IMG/VR virus record: IMGVR_UViG_3300031953_000008
Coordinates: 1 to 59,876 of that record
DNA from: a virus
Taxonomy: Duplodnaviria > Caudoviricetes
Direction: 5' to 3' (one strand)
Length of the DNA stretch: 59,876 nt
Below are positions 1-9,939 of the stretch, piece after piece; position 1 is the first letter of the stretch; each line of letters begins with the position of its first letter. Under the pieces are notes generated by a model. That model worked only from the letters and a program-made list of their open reading frames with translations. It was not told the DNA's origin and did no database searches. The translations under genes were made by a program, and so were the position numbers.

Positions 1-174
1 GTAATCTTTATCGACGGTAAAATAATCAAGCTCAATGCCCTTGAATGTGAACGACTCCAAACAATAGAAGATAATCACACCATGGGTTTCACGGAAGCAA
101 AACGTAAAAAGATGATAGGAAATGCTTGGCCTGTGGCTATGATGGCGCATATTTTCAAGAACATCCACCATTAA
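1..174 (+). CDS. C-terminus of the C5 cytosine methyltransferase continuing from 59014
   Basis: Frame reads ...KLNALECERLQT...RKKMIGNAWPVAMMAHIFKNIHH*, matching motifs IX/X (ERLQ, GNA) of C5 MTases. Confidence 0.9.
   Translation, partial: VIFIDGKIIKLNALECERLQTIEDNHTMGFTEAKRKKMIGNAWPVAMMAHIFKNIHH
3..128 (+). repeat. Terminal direct repeat (126 bp), copy 1; likely assembly circularisation overlap
   Basis: AATCTTTATCGACGG...GGAAATGCTTG is identical to 59751-59876; base 2 (T) differs from 59750 (G). Confidence 0.95.
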
Positions 175-365
175 CTTATTGGATTTTAGAATAGAACCTT
201 TAAAAGATTTGTAAACAATACGATAATCGAAAAGTAAATTGTTTGCATTTTTTGTGAACTTTAATGTATTTTAAAAAACAGTTTGTAGATAAATAGGCAG
301 TTTCCAAGCTAAAATTTGCAAGAAACTGAAAATGAACGAATCGAACCCAACAAAAAATTATAACT

Positions 366-545
366 ATGTTTGATAATATCAAGGTATTTAAAGTCAAGTT
401 AGTACACAAAACAAGAAGAATCCACCAATGCGTCAATTGCGGTCTTAAATTCCCGAAAGGCGCTGAACTGACAAACACCACATTTTCTTATGACGGAAGA
501 TTGGTGAGTATCTACCAATGCGAAAAATGCGAACCAATCAAATAA
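366..545 (+). CDS. Small zinc-ribbon protein
   Basis: 59 aa, not in the ORF track; CVNC...CEKC pairs. Confidence 0.65.
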   Translation: MFDNIKVFKVKLVHKTRRIHQCVNCGLKFPKGAELTNTTFSYDGRLVSIYQCEKCEPIK

Positions 546-558
546 CTCAACCCGCCCA

Positions 559-765
559 ATGCAATTAGAACAAGCAAGGCAATGCGCCATCAAGAACAGT
601 ATTCTCGACAACACCAAATGGTACGTGGCCACAAGCGATAAATTCGGTTTCACCGCCTCCAAGATAAAAGGGATAAACACCATCCATGTGTTCAACAAAG
701 GACAACCGTTTTCCCTGAGAAAATACCCGTTGATCTATAAACATAAAAACAAACTGAAATTATGA
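559..765 (+). CDS. Hypothetical protein
   Basis: ATG lies inside CCCGCCCAATG; ATGA-coupled to the next ORF. Confidence 0.6.
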   Translation: MQLEQARQCAIKNSILDNTKWYVATSDKFGFTASKIKGINTIHVFNKGQPFSLRKYPLIYKHKNKLKL

Positions 766-953
766 CTATTAAAGAATTAAGAGAAAAGATTAAAGACCTA
801 CCTGATACCATGGATGTTTTTATGGACGAAAGGTTGACTGAATTTAGGTACGGACTTGTAAACTCCGCCAATGTCCGTGAAATTGATTTTATGGAAGAAC
901 CGGGCAGGGAAATATTAGCAGAAGATACTGCTTTAATATTGAGCGAGGATTAA
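762..953 (+). CDS. Hypothetical phage protein (MTIKELREKIKDLPD type)
   Basis: Common small phage ORF N-terminus; coupled start. Confidence 0.65.
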   Translation: MTIKELREKIKDLPDTMDVFMDERLTEFRYGLVNSANVREIDFMEEPGREILAEDTALILSED

Positions 954-1540
954 AACCTGATCAAATCATAGCTAAGCCCAATGCCTATATAAGGATTTAA
1001 ACTAAAGTTAGAACCTATCCCATACCCCACTTGAAAACCAATGCCGAAACGCTTTATACGTGGTTTGAATGTATAAGTATCTAAGCCTACCGTGCGTATC
1101 ATTGGGCTTGAATTAACCGCCTTGATCTTGTATTCAGAATTAAAGAAGCCTTTTGTCTTACCGATAACAAACGAAAGCGTGTTGTCAAATTCAAAGGGTT
1201 TTCCGGAATATTCAGGCACGAAAATACTATCGATGGTAACTACCTGCGTAATATTCCCGGAAGCATCTACTTTTTTAAATCCCTTGACCAAACGTTTTAA
1301 TTGCTGGGTTGAATCGATTTGCTTGGATAGGAGTAATTCCAAGGCATCATTGTTTCCATTTAACGCAACTTTCTCAGCGACTTCCTGTCCCAATTCATTT
1401 TGATAATAGGAAATGGTATCGTTCAGAAACTCAATCTTTGAATCATTGGTCTGATTGTCGTATTTCCGCCCACTGCAATTATTCAGAAGCAGGAAAACAA
1501 GCAGAGCAATCACGATTAAATAAATAAAGTGGTTTTTCAT
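950..1540 (-). CDS. Lysis-module membrane/lipoprotein, possible spanin-like
   Basis: N-terminal hydrophobic helix then Cys (LLNNC), coiled-coil middle, beta-strand-like C-terminus (GIGLSYDLIRF); downstream of the endolysin. Confidence 0.6.
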   Translation of the reverse strand: MKNHFIYLIVIALLVFLLLNNCSGRKYDNQTNDSKIEFLNDTISYYQNELGQEVAEKVALNGNNDALELLLSKQIDSTQQLKRLVKGFKKVDASGNITQVVTIDSIFVPEYSGKPFEFDNTLSFVIGKTKGFFNSEYKIKAVNSSPMIRTVGLDTYTFKPRIKRFGIGFQVGYGIGSNFSLNPYIGIGLSYDLIRF

Positions 1541-1541
1541 A

Positions 1542-1637
1542 TCAAATATTTACATAATTAAGTATCATAACAGCTGTTAAAATCAGTACGATTAAAGTCA
1601 TTACGATAACGTATATCCTGAAATACAATTTTTTCAT
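1542..1637 (-). CDS. Small single-TM peptide in the lysis module
   Basis: MKKLYFRIYVIVMTLIVLILTAVMILNYVNI*. Confidence 0.45.
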   Translation of the reverse strand: MKKLYFRIYVIVMTLIVLILTAVMILNYVNI

Positions 1638-1683
1638 TTTAAAATTTATTTATTTTATTTAGAGCCATAAGAAGGTATTTTGT

Positions 1684-1691
1684 TATCTTTG
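1684..1691 (+). promoter_or_regulatory. Bacteroidota -7 promoter box for the HNH gene
   Basis: TATCTTTG matches TAnnTTTG, 22 nt before ATG 1714. Confidence 0.6.
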
Positions 1692-1713
1692 TTTTAAACA
1701 TTAAATATATAAT

Positions 1714-2235
1714 ATGGAAATTTGGAAAGACGTTATAAATTTTAAAGGGTTCTATCAAGTAAGTAATCTTGGAAATGTGCGTTCTGTTGATAGATGTGTT
1801 CATAATTCAGTTAACGGTGCAATTATTAAATTTAAATCACAAGAATTAAAGCAAACAAAAAACAATAAAGGATATTTGTACGTTTCATTATGCCGAAATT
1901 CTAAAGGACTTAAAAAATCAACTCATCAGCTTGTAGCCGAATCTTTCCTTAGTCACGTAAGCGATAAATATTCTAAAGTCGTCGATCATATTGATTCTAA
2001 CATTCTTAATAATTGCCTTGAAAATCTTAGAGTTATTTCTCACAGAAAAAATATTACAAGATCAATGAGTAATAAAACAGGCTTTGTTGGTGTTCATAAA
2101 AGTGGTAGGGGTTATAAATCCATTATAAGACTTAAAGGCAAAAGATATCATTTAGGGACTTTTAATACCCCTATAGAGGCTTCTATCGCTTACCAAAACT
2201 CCCTTAATAACCACAACTCTTTAACCAATCAATAA
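1714..2235 (+). mobile_element. NUMOD4-HNH-AP2 homing endonuclease, inserted antisense in the lysis cassette
   Basis: EIWKDV..F.G.YQVSNLGNVRS (NUMOD4); HQLVA..F..VVDHID.NILNN..ENL (HNH); C-terminal YHLGTF.TP.EA..AY (AP2-like). Confidence 0.9.
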
Positions 2236-2725
2236 TAACCCCTGCATACTCTTTTTGGTTTTTGAAAAGTAATGCTTCGGGGTGATCTCCAAAAAAACCT
2301 TCCAATATGATTGCTGGTGCTGGCATAAGAGACAAGAACCCCCAACCCCTTCCGCCTTTTTCACCTTCTTTAGCTCCACGGTTTTCGGTGCAATATTTAT
2401 TAGTGACCAATCGGCAATATTCAGCACCTAATTTCTTTGTAAAACTGTTACCGGGATATGATATGGTTTCACATCCATTGGCGGATTTGTTAAAGGAATT
2501 GAAATGGAGCTCTACGATCAAATCGTAATTTTTAGGCTTCAATTCGGCTGCAAGCGACCTCATTTGAGTAGTGTACCCACCTCCTAAAGGCCGTTTATAT
2601 ACATCAAATTGGTGCAGGTAGCTTGCAACTTCCGAATTGTACATATATTCCGAGGTATGCAATTCCTGTGAATATGCACCCGGTGACTTCATATCGTGAC
2701 CGATTATTATTGCTATTTTATTCAT
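2204..2725 (-). CDS. Endolysin, N-acetylmuramoyl-L-alanine amidase (Amidase_3-like)
   Basis: IIIGH...GA...E, ELHFNS...ANGCE, PAIILEGFF zinc-amidase motifs. Confidence 0.9.
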   Translation of the reverse strand: MNKIAIIIGHDMKSPGAYSQELHTSEYMYNSEVASYLHQFDVYKRPLGGGYTTQMRSLAAELKPKNYDLIVELHFNSFNKSANGCETISYPGNSFTKKLGAEYCRLVTNKYCTENRGAKEGEKGGRGWGFLSLMPAPAIILEGFFGDHPEALLFKNQKEYAGVIIDWLKSCGY

Positions 2726-3066
2726 TTTTTTTCTTTTTCTAATTCCTCTTTTCTTTTTCTATGGTTCCACATTAAAAATTGAGCTGCAACCCAAAAAGCG
2801 CCAATAGTACTAACAATTGCCATACCCTGCGTTAACCAAATAAAATCATACTCAAAGCCTTTTAATGCTTTTCCTGCTGTACTCAACAACATAAACCCAA
2901 CTGAAAAAAACGTTAAAGCACTAGCCCATCGAAACCACTTAGACGTATAATAACAGTAGTATATTAAAAATGAAAAAACTATGAACAGCACTCCTGATAT
3001 AAAGTATATAAGCACAAATCTTTGGTCATCGTATGACAACAAATCAAATAATTTAGTTAGTTCCAT
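2722..3066 (-). CDS. Membrane protein (3 TM), holin/antiholin candidate
   Basis: Likely start MELTKL at 3066; hydrophobic segments and a basic C-tail; adjacent to the endolysin. Confidence 0.55.
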   Translation of the reverse strand: MELTKLFDLLSYDDQRFVLIYFISGVLFIVFSFLIYYCYYTSKWFRWASALTFFSVGFMLLSTAGKALKGFEYDFIWLTQGMAIVSTIGAFWVAAQFLMWNHRKRKEELEKEKK

Positions 3067-3400
3067 CTTCTTCTTTTTTTCTGTTAGTAATCTTATTGAA
3101 CATTGATTCAAAAAATCGGTCTTGATTTTTGAAATTAGATATAAACTTAAACGCCCTTGGTGAAGCAATACTTATAACAATGGTATATGCCATAACTTTT
3201 CCAGGATTTTCTTCCGCAAATGAAAACCAACTGTATGCTAAGAACCCGCCAATGAAGCTCCACAAAAAACTAATAACCCAATCTGAACGCTCCAAAGTCA
3301 AATTAGGATCTGCATATTGTGTGTACATAGATGCCAAGTAGCTTATAGCGAAAACTGCGATAAGCGTAACATCTTCGGGGGAAATTGTCATTCTTTTCAA
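3053..3400 (-). CDS. Holin candidate
   Basis: 115 aa, 2-3 TM segments, charged C-terminus, upstream of the endolysin. Confidence 0.6.
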   Translation of the reverse strand: MKRMTISPEDVTLIAVFAISYLASMYTQYADPNLTLERSDWVISFLWSFIGGFLAYSWFSFAEENPGKVMAYTIVISIASPRAFKFISNFKNQDRFFESMFNKITNRKKEEDGTN

Positions 3401-3419
3401 TGTTGAGGGGTTTAAATCC

Positions 3420-3941
3420 TTATAATTTTATCCTAAATCTATATTCACTGCCACCACCTAATTGTATTGATATCCATTTGTTCGCATAACTGAATTGGCA
3501 GTATGTTTTACCATCAATTTGATATGCGATGAATTTGAGTCCATAAATTCCTTTGCGCTTGTCTGCCCGTGTCCATCTTCCGTATTTTTCAGTATCGGTT
3601 ACGGTGCTGTAAATTGTTTTAAATATATCAGCTTCACCATCTTTCCATCCCGGGATAAATCCCCTAATATAATTCCAAGAGTGGTTAATTCGCCACCAAT
3701 TAATTGCAGACCACAATCCTTTTTTATAACCATTGTCTTTTAACCATTTTTCATTCCCGTAGTCACCATCCTCTGTATCATTGAGCCACCAAAACTGAAA
3801 CTTCCAATTGCGTTTATGTTTCAGATAAAAAGCTATAAACAAACCACCGGAAAAGAATCCAAATAAGGAAACGCAAAGCCACCTTACCATCAGGGTAAAG
3901 TAGAATATCCAGAATCCGTATATTTTGGATTTAGCTATCAT
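3420..3941 (-). CDS. Hypothetical Trp-rich membrane protein
   Basis: 173 aa ORF in the late operon with an N-terminal TM. Confidence 0.7.
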   Translation of the reverse strand: MIAKSKIYGFWIFYFTLMVRWLCVSLFGFFSGGLFIAFYLKHKRNWKFQFWWLNDTEDGDYGNEKWLKDNGYKKGLWSAINWWRINHSWNYIRGFIPGWKDGEADIFKTIYSTVTDTEKYGRWTRADKRKGIYGLKFIAYQIDGKTYCQFSYANKWISIQLGGGSEYRFRIKL

Positions 3942-4447
3942 CCTAAAATAATACCTATTAAATTACCAACAATCACTCCTGCCAATGCAGCTACCAATAA
4001 TAAACCACCTCTTAACTTTTGTATTAACGGGGCATTTTTGATAGTTTCATCAGGAGTCTGTCCAGTAACATATTCCCATTTTGTAGATAGTTCTTCAAGT
4101 TTATATTCCCAATTTGGGTACATTAGTTTTTTCTGGAAGATATGTCCTTTGTTTTTTAATCTCCATAATTGAGATTTCCAGTAATATTCCTGAGTTTCTA
4201 TTGAAGCACTCTCGGCAAATAAAAAATAAAGAAGGTATTCTAAAATGAATATCCAGAAAGGTGCTACTAGAATTTGATAAACGATTCCAAAGTATGCTCC
4301 TGTTTGGTGTTCGTATCCTGTTCCTATACCTCCCAAGAAGGTTGCAGCGATCATAAGCATTAAGAATACTTCGAGTTTTAATAGTTTTCCATTTTTAAAG
4401 GTGTAAAACCAGGAAGTTGAATTGATGTTGTAAAGAAACTTTCTCAT
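3938..4447 (-). CDS. Hypothetical membrane protein
   Basis: 169 aa, three hydrophobic segments, ATGA coupling. Confidence 0.7.
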   Translation of the reverse strand: MRKFLYNINSTSWFYTFKNGKLLKLEVFLMLMIAATFLGGIGTGYEHQTGAYFGIVYQILVAPFWIFILEYLLYFLFAESASIETQEYYWKSQLWRLKNKGHIFQKKLMYPNWEYKLEELSTKWEYVTGQTPDETIKNAPLIQKLRGGLLLVAALAGVIVGNLIGIILG

Positions 4448-4544
4448 AATTTAAAGTATTGAATTAATATTAGTGCTATCTGATAGCCGGGCAAGCCTAT
4501 GATAAAGGCTGCGCATAAAATAAAATAAGGGTTCTTTAGTGTTT

Positions 4545-5399
4545 TCATACTTGCCTTCCTAAATCGGTTTGTAATTGTTGCACGGCTGCGATATGATCTG
4601 TCATTTGAGCTTGTGTCAATCCATCACCTATAAAAAAATAGCAATACTCCCGTTGTGAATAGTACCCAGGGGAATACGCCCTTGAGCCTAGCCAGAAATT
4701 ATCGGTTGAACCACCTGTAATATCAGCACTTACATCTGTAAATGTGGTGTTTGCGAATTTTTTATAGTAAAAGTTATCTTGCCTTGTAGCTCCGAACATT
4801 CCTAATGATGTGGTGTTTGAATTTGTAGATATCGGGCTCTGGCAAGATGTATAAAATAGGTTAGTTCCCCACCTCACATACATCACACTTTTAGCGCTCG
4901 CACCCATATCTATATAATTGGCGGCAATTTCCGTTCTTGAATAAACGCCGTAGCTTTGACTTCCTAAAGTATTGTTGTTCTCTGCAAAATTGGTATTCCC
5001 GTAAGACACCCCGCTTCCTTTATATCCATTAGCAGAAAATAGTCCGCCCGTCCACAACATCCTAAAGGCTGCATCGGTATCTTGCGGGTTCATGGCGTTC
5101 CATTTGTGGTTATCCGCAGTATTCCCTATGAACAAATAAACCGCTTTTAAAAGGGCTAAATAGCCGGCTGTTTTACCTGCTTTGAAATAGGTATCAACGG
5201 CATCGTACACCCCTTTATAGGTCAATCCGTTATGTGGGGAAACCGTCGCATCATCAGCCCAACCGATTGAAGCCATTAAAGCAACGGTTTCGGGTTCATA
5301 TCCTGCCGACCCCCCTCCAAATCTGTACGGATTCATTACATTCATAGTCGTATAGGTTTCATAGATATTAAATTTTGGGTCGATTTTTCGCTCTGCCAT
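4545..5399 (-). CDS. Virion/tail-associated protein (lectin-like beta sandwich suspected)
   Basis: MNPYRFGGG start motif (true start may be ~5346); Gly/Ser/Thr rich; ends LQTDLGRQV; distal tail position. Confidence 0.6.
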   Translation of the reverse strand: MAERKIDPKFNIYETYTTMNVMNPYRFGGGSAGYEPETVALMASIGWADDATVSPHNGLTYKGVYDAVDTYFKAGKTAGYLALLKAVYLFIGNTADNHKWNAMNPQDTDAAFRMLWTGGLFSANGYKGSGVSYGNTNFAENNNTLGSQSYGVYSRTEIAANYIDMGASAKSVMYVRWGTNLFYTSCQSPISTNSNTTSLGMFGATRQDNFYYKKFANTTFTDVSADITGGSTDNFWLGSRAYSPGYYSQREYCYFFIGDGLTQAQMTDHIAAVQQLQTDLGRQV

Positions 5400-5405
5400 A
5401 AGGCA

Positions 5406-6149
5406 TTATATTACATTTCCTGAATTGCCACGTTCCCATCCTGCATCTATATCTGGTTCTTGACCATTAGCGACTTGGTCTTTCTTGCTTTTTTTTGTGG
5501 CATCGTTTTTCCAGATGTTCACGTCAAATGCTAGTATCTGGTCTTCAATAGCAAGTTCGGCTGCATTTGGTTGTGTGCCCCTACTTCTTCTTACTTGAAT
5601 ACCTTGCGCCAACATAAACAGTTTTTCGTTGTTCCTATAATCTGTTAAGGTCGTATTGGCTGCTTCCTCTGCATTTTCAATAGCTAAATTAATATCGGCA
5701 TCAGGTCTTTTATTTTCTGCATAGGTACGTTTGTAAGTGTTGATAGTCGGATAATCGGGGTGTTTTTCCGTAGTTACATCTTCTGTAATTGCCAATATCC
5801 AAATCCTAGAATCGTATTCAGGGGATGGGAAAGGTTCGTATTTTAAGAACCATTCCAAATCAGGCTCCAATCCAATCACAGGACTCATATCAGCATTAGG
5901 CCATGGTGCGTGTTTTAAAACCCCACCTTCAACTACAAGGTTAACTGTATCACCGTCAACCAAAGTCTTTAATACCTCAATTTCATTGTAGGCTTTTACT
6001 TGCCAATCTGTTTCTAAAATATCAACTCCATTGACCTGCACCAATGTTATTTTTGCCGCTGCTTCTGCTGGGAATACCTGTGGTGTTCCTGTTGCCCAAT
6101 TAGAAGGTTGTTCTGAAAATTTCCTGATAAGTACTGATGGTAAACTCAT
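5406..6149 (-). CDS. Tail-fibre-associated protein
   Basis: 247 aa between tail fibre-like genes. Confidence 0.55.
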   Translation of the reverse strand: MSLPSVLIRKFSEQPSNWATGTPQVFPAEAAAKITLVQVNGVDILETDWQVKAYNEIEVLKTLVDGDTVNLVVEGGVLKHAPWPNADMSPVIGLEPDLEWFLKYEPFPSPEYDSRIWILAITEDVTTEKHPDYPTINTYKRTYAENKRPDADINLAIENAEEAANTTLTDYRNNEKLFMLAQGIQVRRSRGTQPNAAELAIEDQILAFDVNIWKNDATKKSKKDQVANGQEPDIDAGWERGNSGNVI

Positions 6150-6155
6150 AATATA

Positions 6156-7892
6156 TTAATTTTTGGTTATTTCTAAATAAAGTTTTAAACTCTTTCCTGT
6201 TTCTATACTCCCAACTTGGGAAATTACAGGGGTAATTTTATCCCCTTTTAAAAAAGTTGTTGTGGTCAATACGGGTGCAGTTCCGGTCAATGATGTAAAT
6301 TCCGCTGCATCTATAATCGCTTTTGAAGAGGTGATTGAAACACCCGCTTTTTTTACATCTGCCACTAATGCTGAACCCGTGGGTGCGGTGTTTACTCCTA
6401 CCCAAAAAGTGCTTAACGTGAAATTATAAGGTGCGTGAAAACTATCCACATCGCCTGCCACTAATGCGCTTGAAGTATCGCTTATTGCAAAGGAAATAGT
6501 ATCTGTCACCGCCCCCGCTACTTGGATATCATTTAAAGTAGCATAAGGACTGCTTCCGTCTTCTCCATCATTTTGCAGTTCAGAAGTCTTTGTGCGAACA
6601 TCTTGTAAAGCCCCAGAACCATCTGAAAGGTCAATGTATTTAATATCGTAAACGTCAAAAATAGAAAGTGTAATAAACAAATACAAATTTTCTGTTATAG
6701 CACCCATATTGCTGATCAGCGTGTTATTTTTGTATAAATACAACACGCCCGCAATACATCTATATTCAAATATATCTAAATTGTCTGCAAAATAAGCAGG
6801 GGAATTGGTTGATAAAATTCCTTTATTGGTTGATGCCACGCCATCAATAGATACCAAAAGGCTTAAAGATGTTGCGGATTGTGTGTAAAAATTAACATAC
6901 GTTCTTGAAACATCAGAAATATTCTTTAAGGATATGTTTCTCTGGTCATAATTTGAAGGGTAGGAATTACCTAGTGGAGTGGCTTTGATTCTCATTTTCA
7001 GAGACCAATTTATTGTAAAATCAAATAGTTTCGACCATTTGGCTGTTCCTGCACTATTCCAAGTTTGCACATTTACCTCTGAATCCGTTACATTAATCGG
7101 TTCGGTTAATGTCCAATCAGCCGTTACAGGTTTATAAACAGTGCCTTGAACCACTTGTAATCTGTCTAAAAATACAGCTTCTATTCCGTTGTTAAGTGTA
7201 ACATCATAAGTTCCCTCTGTTGCAGAAGTCGTGAGATTTATTAACACTCTACTATCCGATATAAACGTTTTATAATTAATGGTATGCCCTTCAACAACTA
7301 CTGTCATATTTGGAGTAAAGAAACTTCCATTAAGTATGAAATTTCCCGTTGTACTGGGCAGGTAAGTATCTGGTATCAATTCATTTAAAAAAGGCGCTTG
7401 CCATACACTAAAATCAGGCAATACAACCAACCCATTCGCATCTTTGGCTATTGGTGTGCCGTCAAACTTTTGAAGGCTCTTCACCACCTCTGCATCATTG
7501 GCTGGGGTGTAGCCTAAGGCATCCAATACGTTTTGTAAAGATACTTGGTTGAACTTAATCCATTTTCCACCTCGGTATTCCAATAAATCGTTTACAGATA
7601 AATTGATATTTCCATTGCCGAAATCCTTAGTTCCCGCCACTGATACCAAGTAGGAATCCCCTTCCACACCAGCACTATTGATAAGTGAAGGAGTATTTGT
7701 AGTAGCGTTATACGTTCCAAGTGCGCCACGTAGATTAGCAACACTGATCTTTTTAGCATCGTTCGTGCCGGATTGAATAACCACAAAATGCGTGGCACTC
7801 GGTGAGGTTAGAAGTTCACCTAGTTCAGAGGGCAGCTTGGATGCCGCCAATACCTCGAAAAATCTAGTAGTTTGATCTTGTAGTATGCTCAT
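6156..7892 (-). CDS. Tail fibre / receptor-binding protein (modular)
   Basis: Start MSILQDQ at 7892; GTYNATTNTP, ALGYTP and KTSELQNDG segments typical of fibre proteins. Confidence 0.7.
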   Translation of the reverse strand: MSILQDQTTRFFEVLAASKLPSELGELLTSPSATHFVVIQSGTNDAKKISVANLRGALGTYNATTNTPSLINSAGVEGDSYLVSVAGTKDFGNGNINLSVNDLLEYRGGKWIKFNQVSLQNVLDALGYTPANDAEVVKSLQKFDGTPIAKDANGLVVLPDFSVWQAPFLNELIPDTYLPSTTGNFILNGSFFTPNMTVVVEGHTINYKTFISDSRVLINLTTSATEGTYDVTLNNGIEAVFLDRLQVVQGTVYKPVTADWTLTEPINVTDSEVNVQTWNSAGTAKWSKLFDFTINWSLKMRIKATPLGNSYPSNYDQRNISLKNISDVSRTYVNFYTQSATSLSLLVSIDGVASTNKGILSTNSPAYFADNLDIFEYRCIAGVLYLYKNNTLISNMGAITENLYLFITLSIFDVYDIKYIDLSDGSGALQDVRTKTSELQNDGEDGSSPYATLNDIQVAGAVTDTISFAISDTSSALVAGDVDSFHAPYNFTLSTFWVGVNTAPTGSALVADVKKAGVSITSSKAIIDAAEFTSLTGTAPVLTTTTFLKGDKITPVISQVGSIETGKSLKLYLEITKN

Positions 7893-7899
7893 TGTGGGG

Positions 7900-9939
7900 T
7901 TATGATTTAGTCCAGAGTAAAAGAGATTTTCCTTTCGATGCTTCGATAGCACCGCTTATGGATTCAATTTCCGCCGAACCGCTAATGATTTCCTGACTGC
8001 TATCTAAGAACACATTACCACCACGTTTCAAATTTACGGAAAAAGTTTTAAGATTAGAATTAAAGCTCGGGCTTATTTCAGGAACATCGGCTAATTTATA
8101 GCCCAAACCGTTAATTATTAGCGAATCATGTGCTACAACACCTCTTAACATTCGTGCTACTTCGCTTGATAAATATTTAAACACGAAGCGTTGCGCATCA
8201 TAAATTGAGTTGTCTGTGACGTAAAACTCCTGATCGCCGTCGTAGCCTTCGGTTTCCTGATCGCCGTCGTCATCCTCAAAGCCTTCCAATCGTATCTTGT
8301 GAGAAATTCCAGTTTGATAAACCATATCACCTTTGTTTGACGAGTTTTTGTACTCAATTAAGTACAATTTGTCTGAATCAACAACTCGTTTGATTTTTTC
8401 TGAAATACGGGTGAATTGTATGTCATTGGCGGAAATCCCCACTTCCACGACGATGTTGAAGATTTCGGGTAATACGGACATATCTGCTGTAAACTCGTAA
8501 ACCTCGTAAGGCTGAATATTGTGAATAGCACTGATGAAACGTTGCTCGTCTGCCAATATGTTTATAAGGTTGAATATCAGAACAAAAGCATCACGTTCCT
8601 CGGAATACTGTATATCCAAGATCTTCACTTGTCCTACCCCGCTTATGGTAACGTAATTACCCACTTTGTTCGCCCATTCTGGCAATGAAAACCCGTAATC
8701 CACCGATCCAATAACAGCTTCGGTTGTATAATCCACCTCATCTACCACCCCGAAGTAAATCCCCATCAATCCGTTTGATGAAAACAGGGTAGCCGTGGTT
8801 TTGATTTGTTGGTTCGTGTTATTTGTCTGCTTAATAATAGAGAGTTGTGTTGTATTGAATTTGGAATCTATGGCATAAGCGTTCATATAAGCGGCATTGG
8901 TCTTGAACTGCGTGGTCAAACTATCTTCCAATAAATACTTGTGTGCGTAGGTATATTGCAGTCCTTTCAACTCATTTGAACTAAGTGTATTGAGATGGTT
9001 CTTTTTGCCTTCTTCCACATTGGCGTATCTAATGGCATTCAAATTCGACAAAGTAAAGATGGTCTGTGTCAATGTTGTGATACCATCGACATTGAATGTC
9101 TTTTCAACACTGCACCCGAAAGCATCTTTTACATATAAGGTATAATCTCCACTCGCTATTCCTGTGAAATAATTATCCGTCTTGTAGGTGATCCCGTCCA
9201 ATGAATATTCAAGCGGGTAGATCGAAGCTGATATAAAAGTATCTTCAATGGTCAGGGTAGCGCCAGAATCCAAATTATCAACCGAAACCGTTAGGTCGTT
9301 GGCGATCAGGTTTCTAGGTGGCTTAAAGGAAATGGTTTTGATGGTCATTCCTGCGCTGTCCACTACACGAATGGAATAATTTACCCCCCTGTTAAGGTTC
9401 AGGGAAAAGTTTGCTCCCTGCCCGGCCAATGTTAAAGAATTGTTTACGTAGATATCATAAATCCCTGTTCCACCTGCCGCACTAAAGTTGGCGACCAAAT
9501 TCCCACAGGTAGAGGTCGTCATATTATAATCTACAAAGGCAAGTGTGCTAACGGGTTGAAGGGTCGAATTGTTGAGTACGTAGCTTACTTTGCTCGCTGT
9601 GGGTAAACTGCCAGAAATAGGTGTGGAAGGATTAAATTCCCACGAATCATTTTCCATACTAAGAGTGACCTCCCATGTACTTTCGTTTATGGAAGCTGTA
9701 ATGTTGTTCGTACCACCCGTGTTTTTGTAATCGAGGTTCCAAGCGTTCACGTAGTTCAATGCCGAATAATACGCAGCCAATACACCTATATTGGGCGCGG
9801 TAACCTGCCCATTGGCTTGTCGCAGTGTTTTGTAAGTTTCGGTCAATACAATGCTGCCTGTCGGGGAGTTGATGTTTATCGAAAGCGTATCACCCACGTT
9901 CGCAGGGCTGCTGAAATTTAGTTTTAAGGTACTTGCCAT
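7900..9939 (-). CDS. Tail structural protein with Ig/SprB-like repeats
   Basis: GGTGIY and YSLDG...F.GI..GDYTLYVKDAFGC repeats; 679 aa downstream of the tape measure gene. Confidence 0.7.
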   Translation of the reverse strand: MASTLKLNFSSPANVGDTLSININSPTGSIVLTETYKTLRQANGQVTAPNIGVLAAYYSALNYVNAWNLDYKNTGGTNNITASINESTWEVTLSMENDSWEFNPSTPISGSLPTASKVSYVLNNSTLQPVSTLAFVDYNMTTSTCGNLVANFSAAGGTGIYDIYVNNSLTLAGQGANFSLNLNRGVNYSIRVVDSAGMTIKTISFKPPRNLIANDLTVSVDNLDSGATLTIEDTFISASIYPLEYSLDGITYKTDNYFTGIASGDYTLYVKDAFGCSVEKTFNVDGITTLTQTIFTLSNLNAIRYANVEEGKKNHLNTLSSNELKGLQYTYAHKYLLEDSLTTQFKTNAAYMNAYAIDSKFNTTQLSIIKQTNNTNQQIKTTATLFSSNGLMGIYFGVVDEVDYTTEAVIGSVDYGFSLPEWANKVGNYVTISGVGQVKILDIQYSEERDAFVLIFNLINILADEQRFISAIHNIQPYEVYEFTADMSVLPEIFNIVVEVGISANDIQFTRISEKIKRVVDSDKLYLIEYKNSSNKGDMVYQTGISHKIRLEGFEDDDGDQETEGYDGDQEFYVTDNSIYDAQRFVFKYLSSEVARMLRGVVAHDSLIINGLGYKLADVPEISPSFNSNLKTFSVNLKRGGNVFLDSSQEIISGSAEIESISGAIEASKGKSLLLWTKS

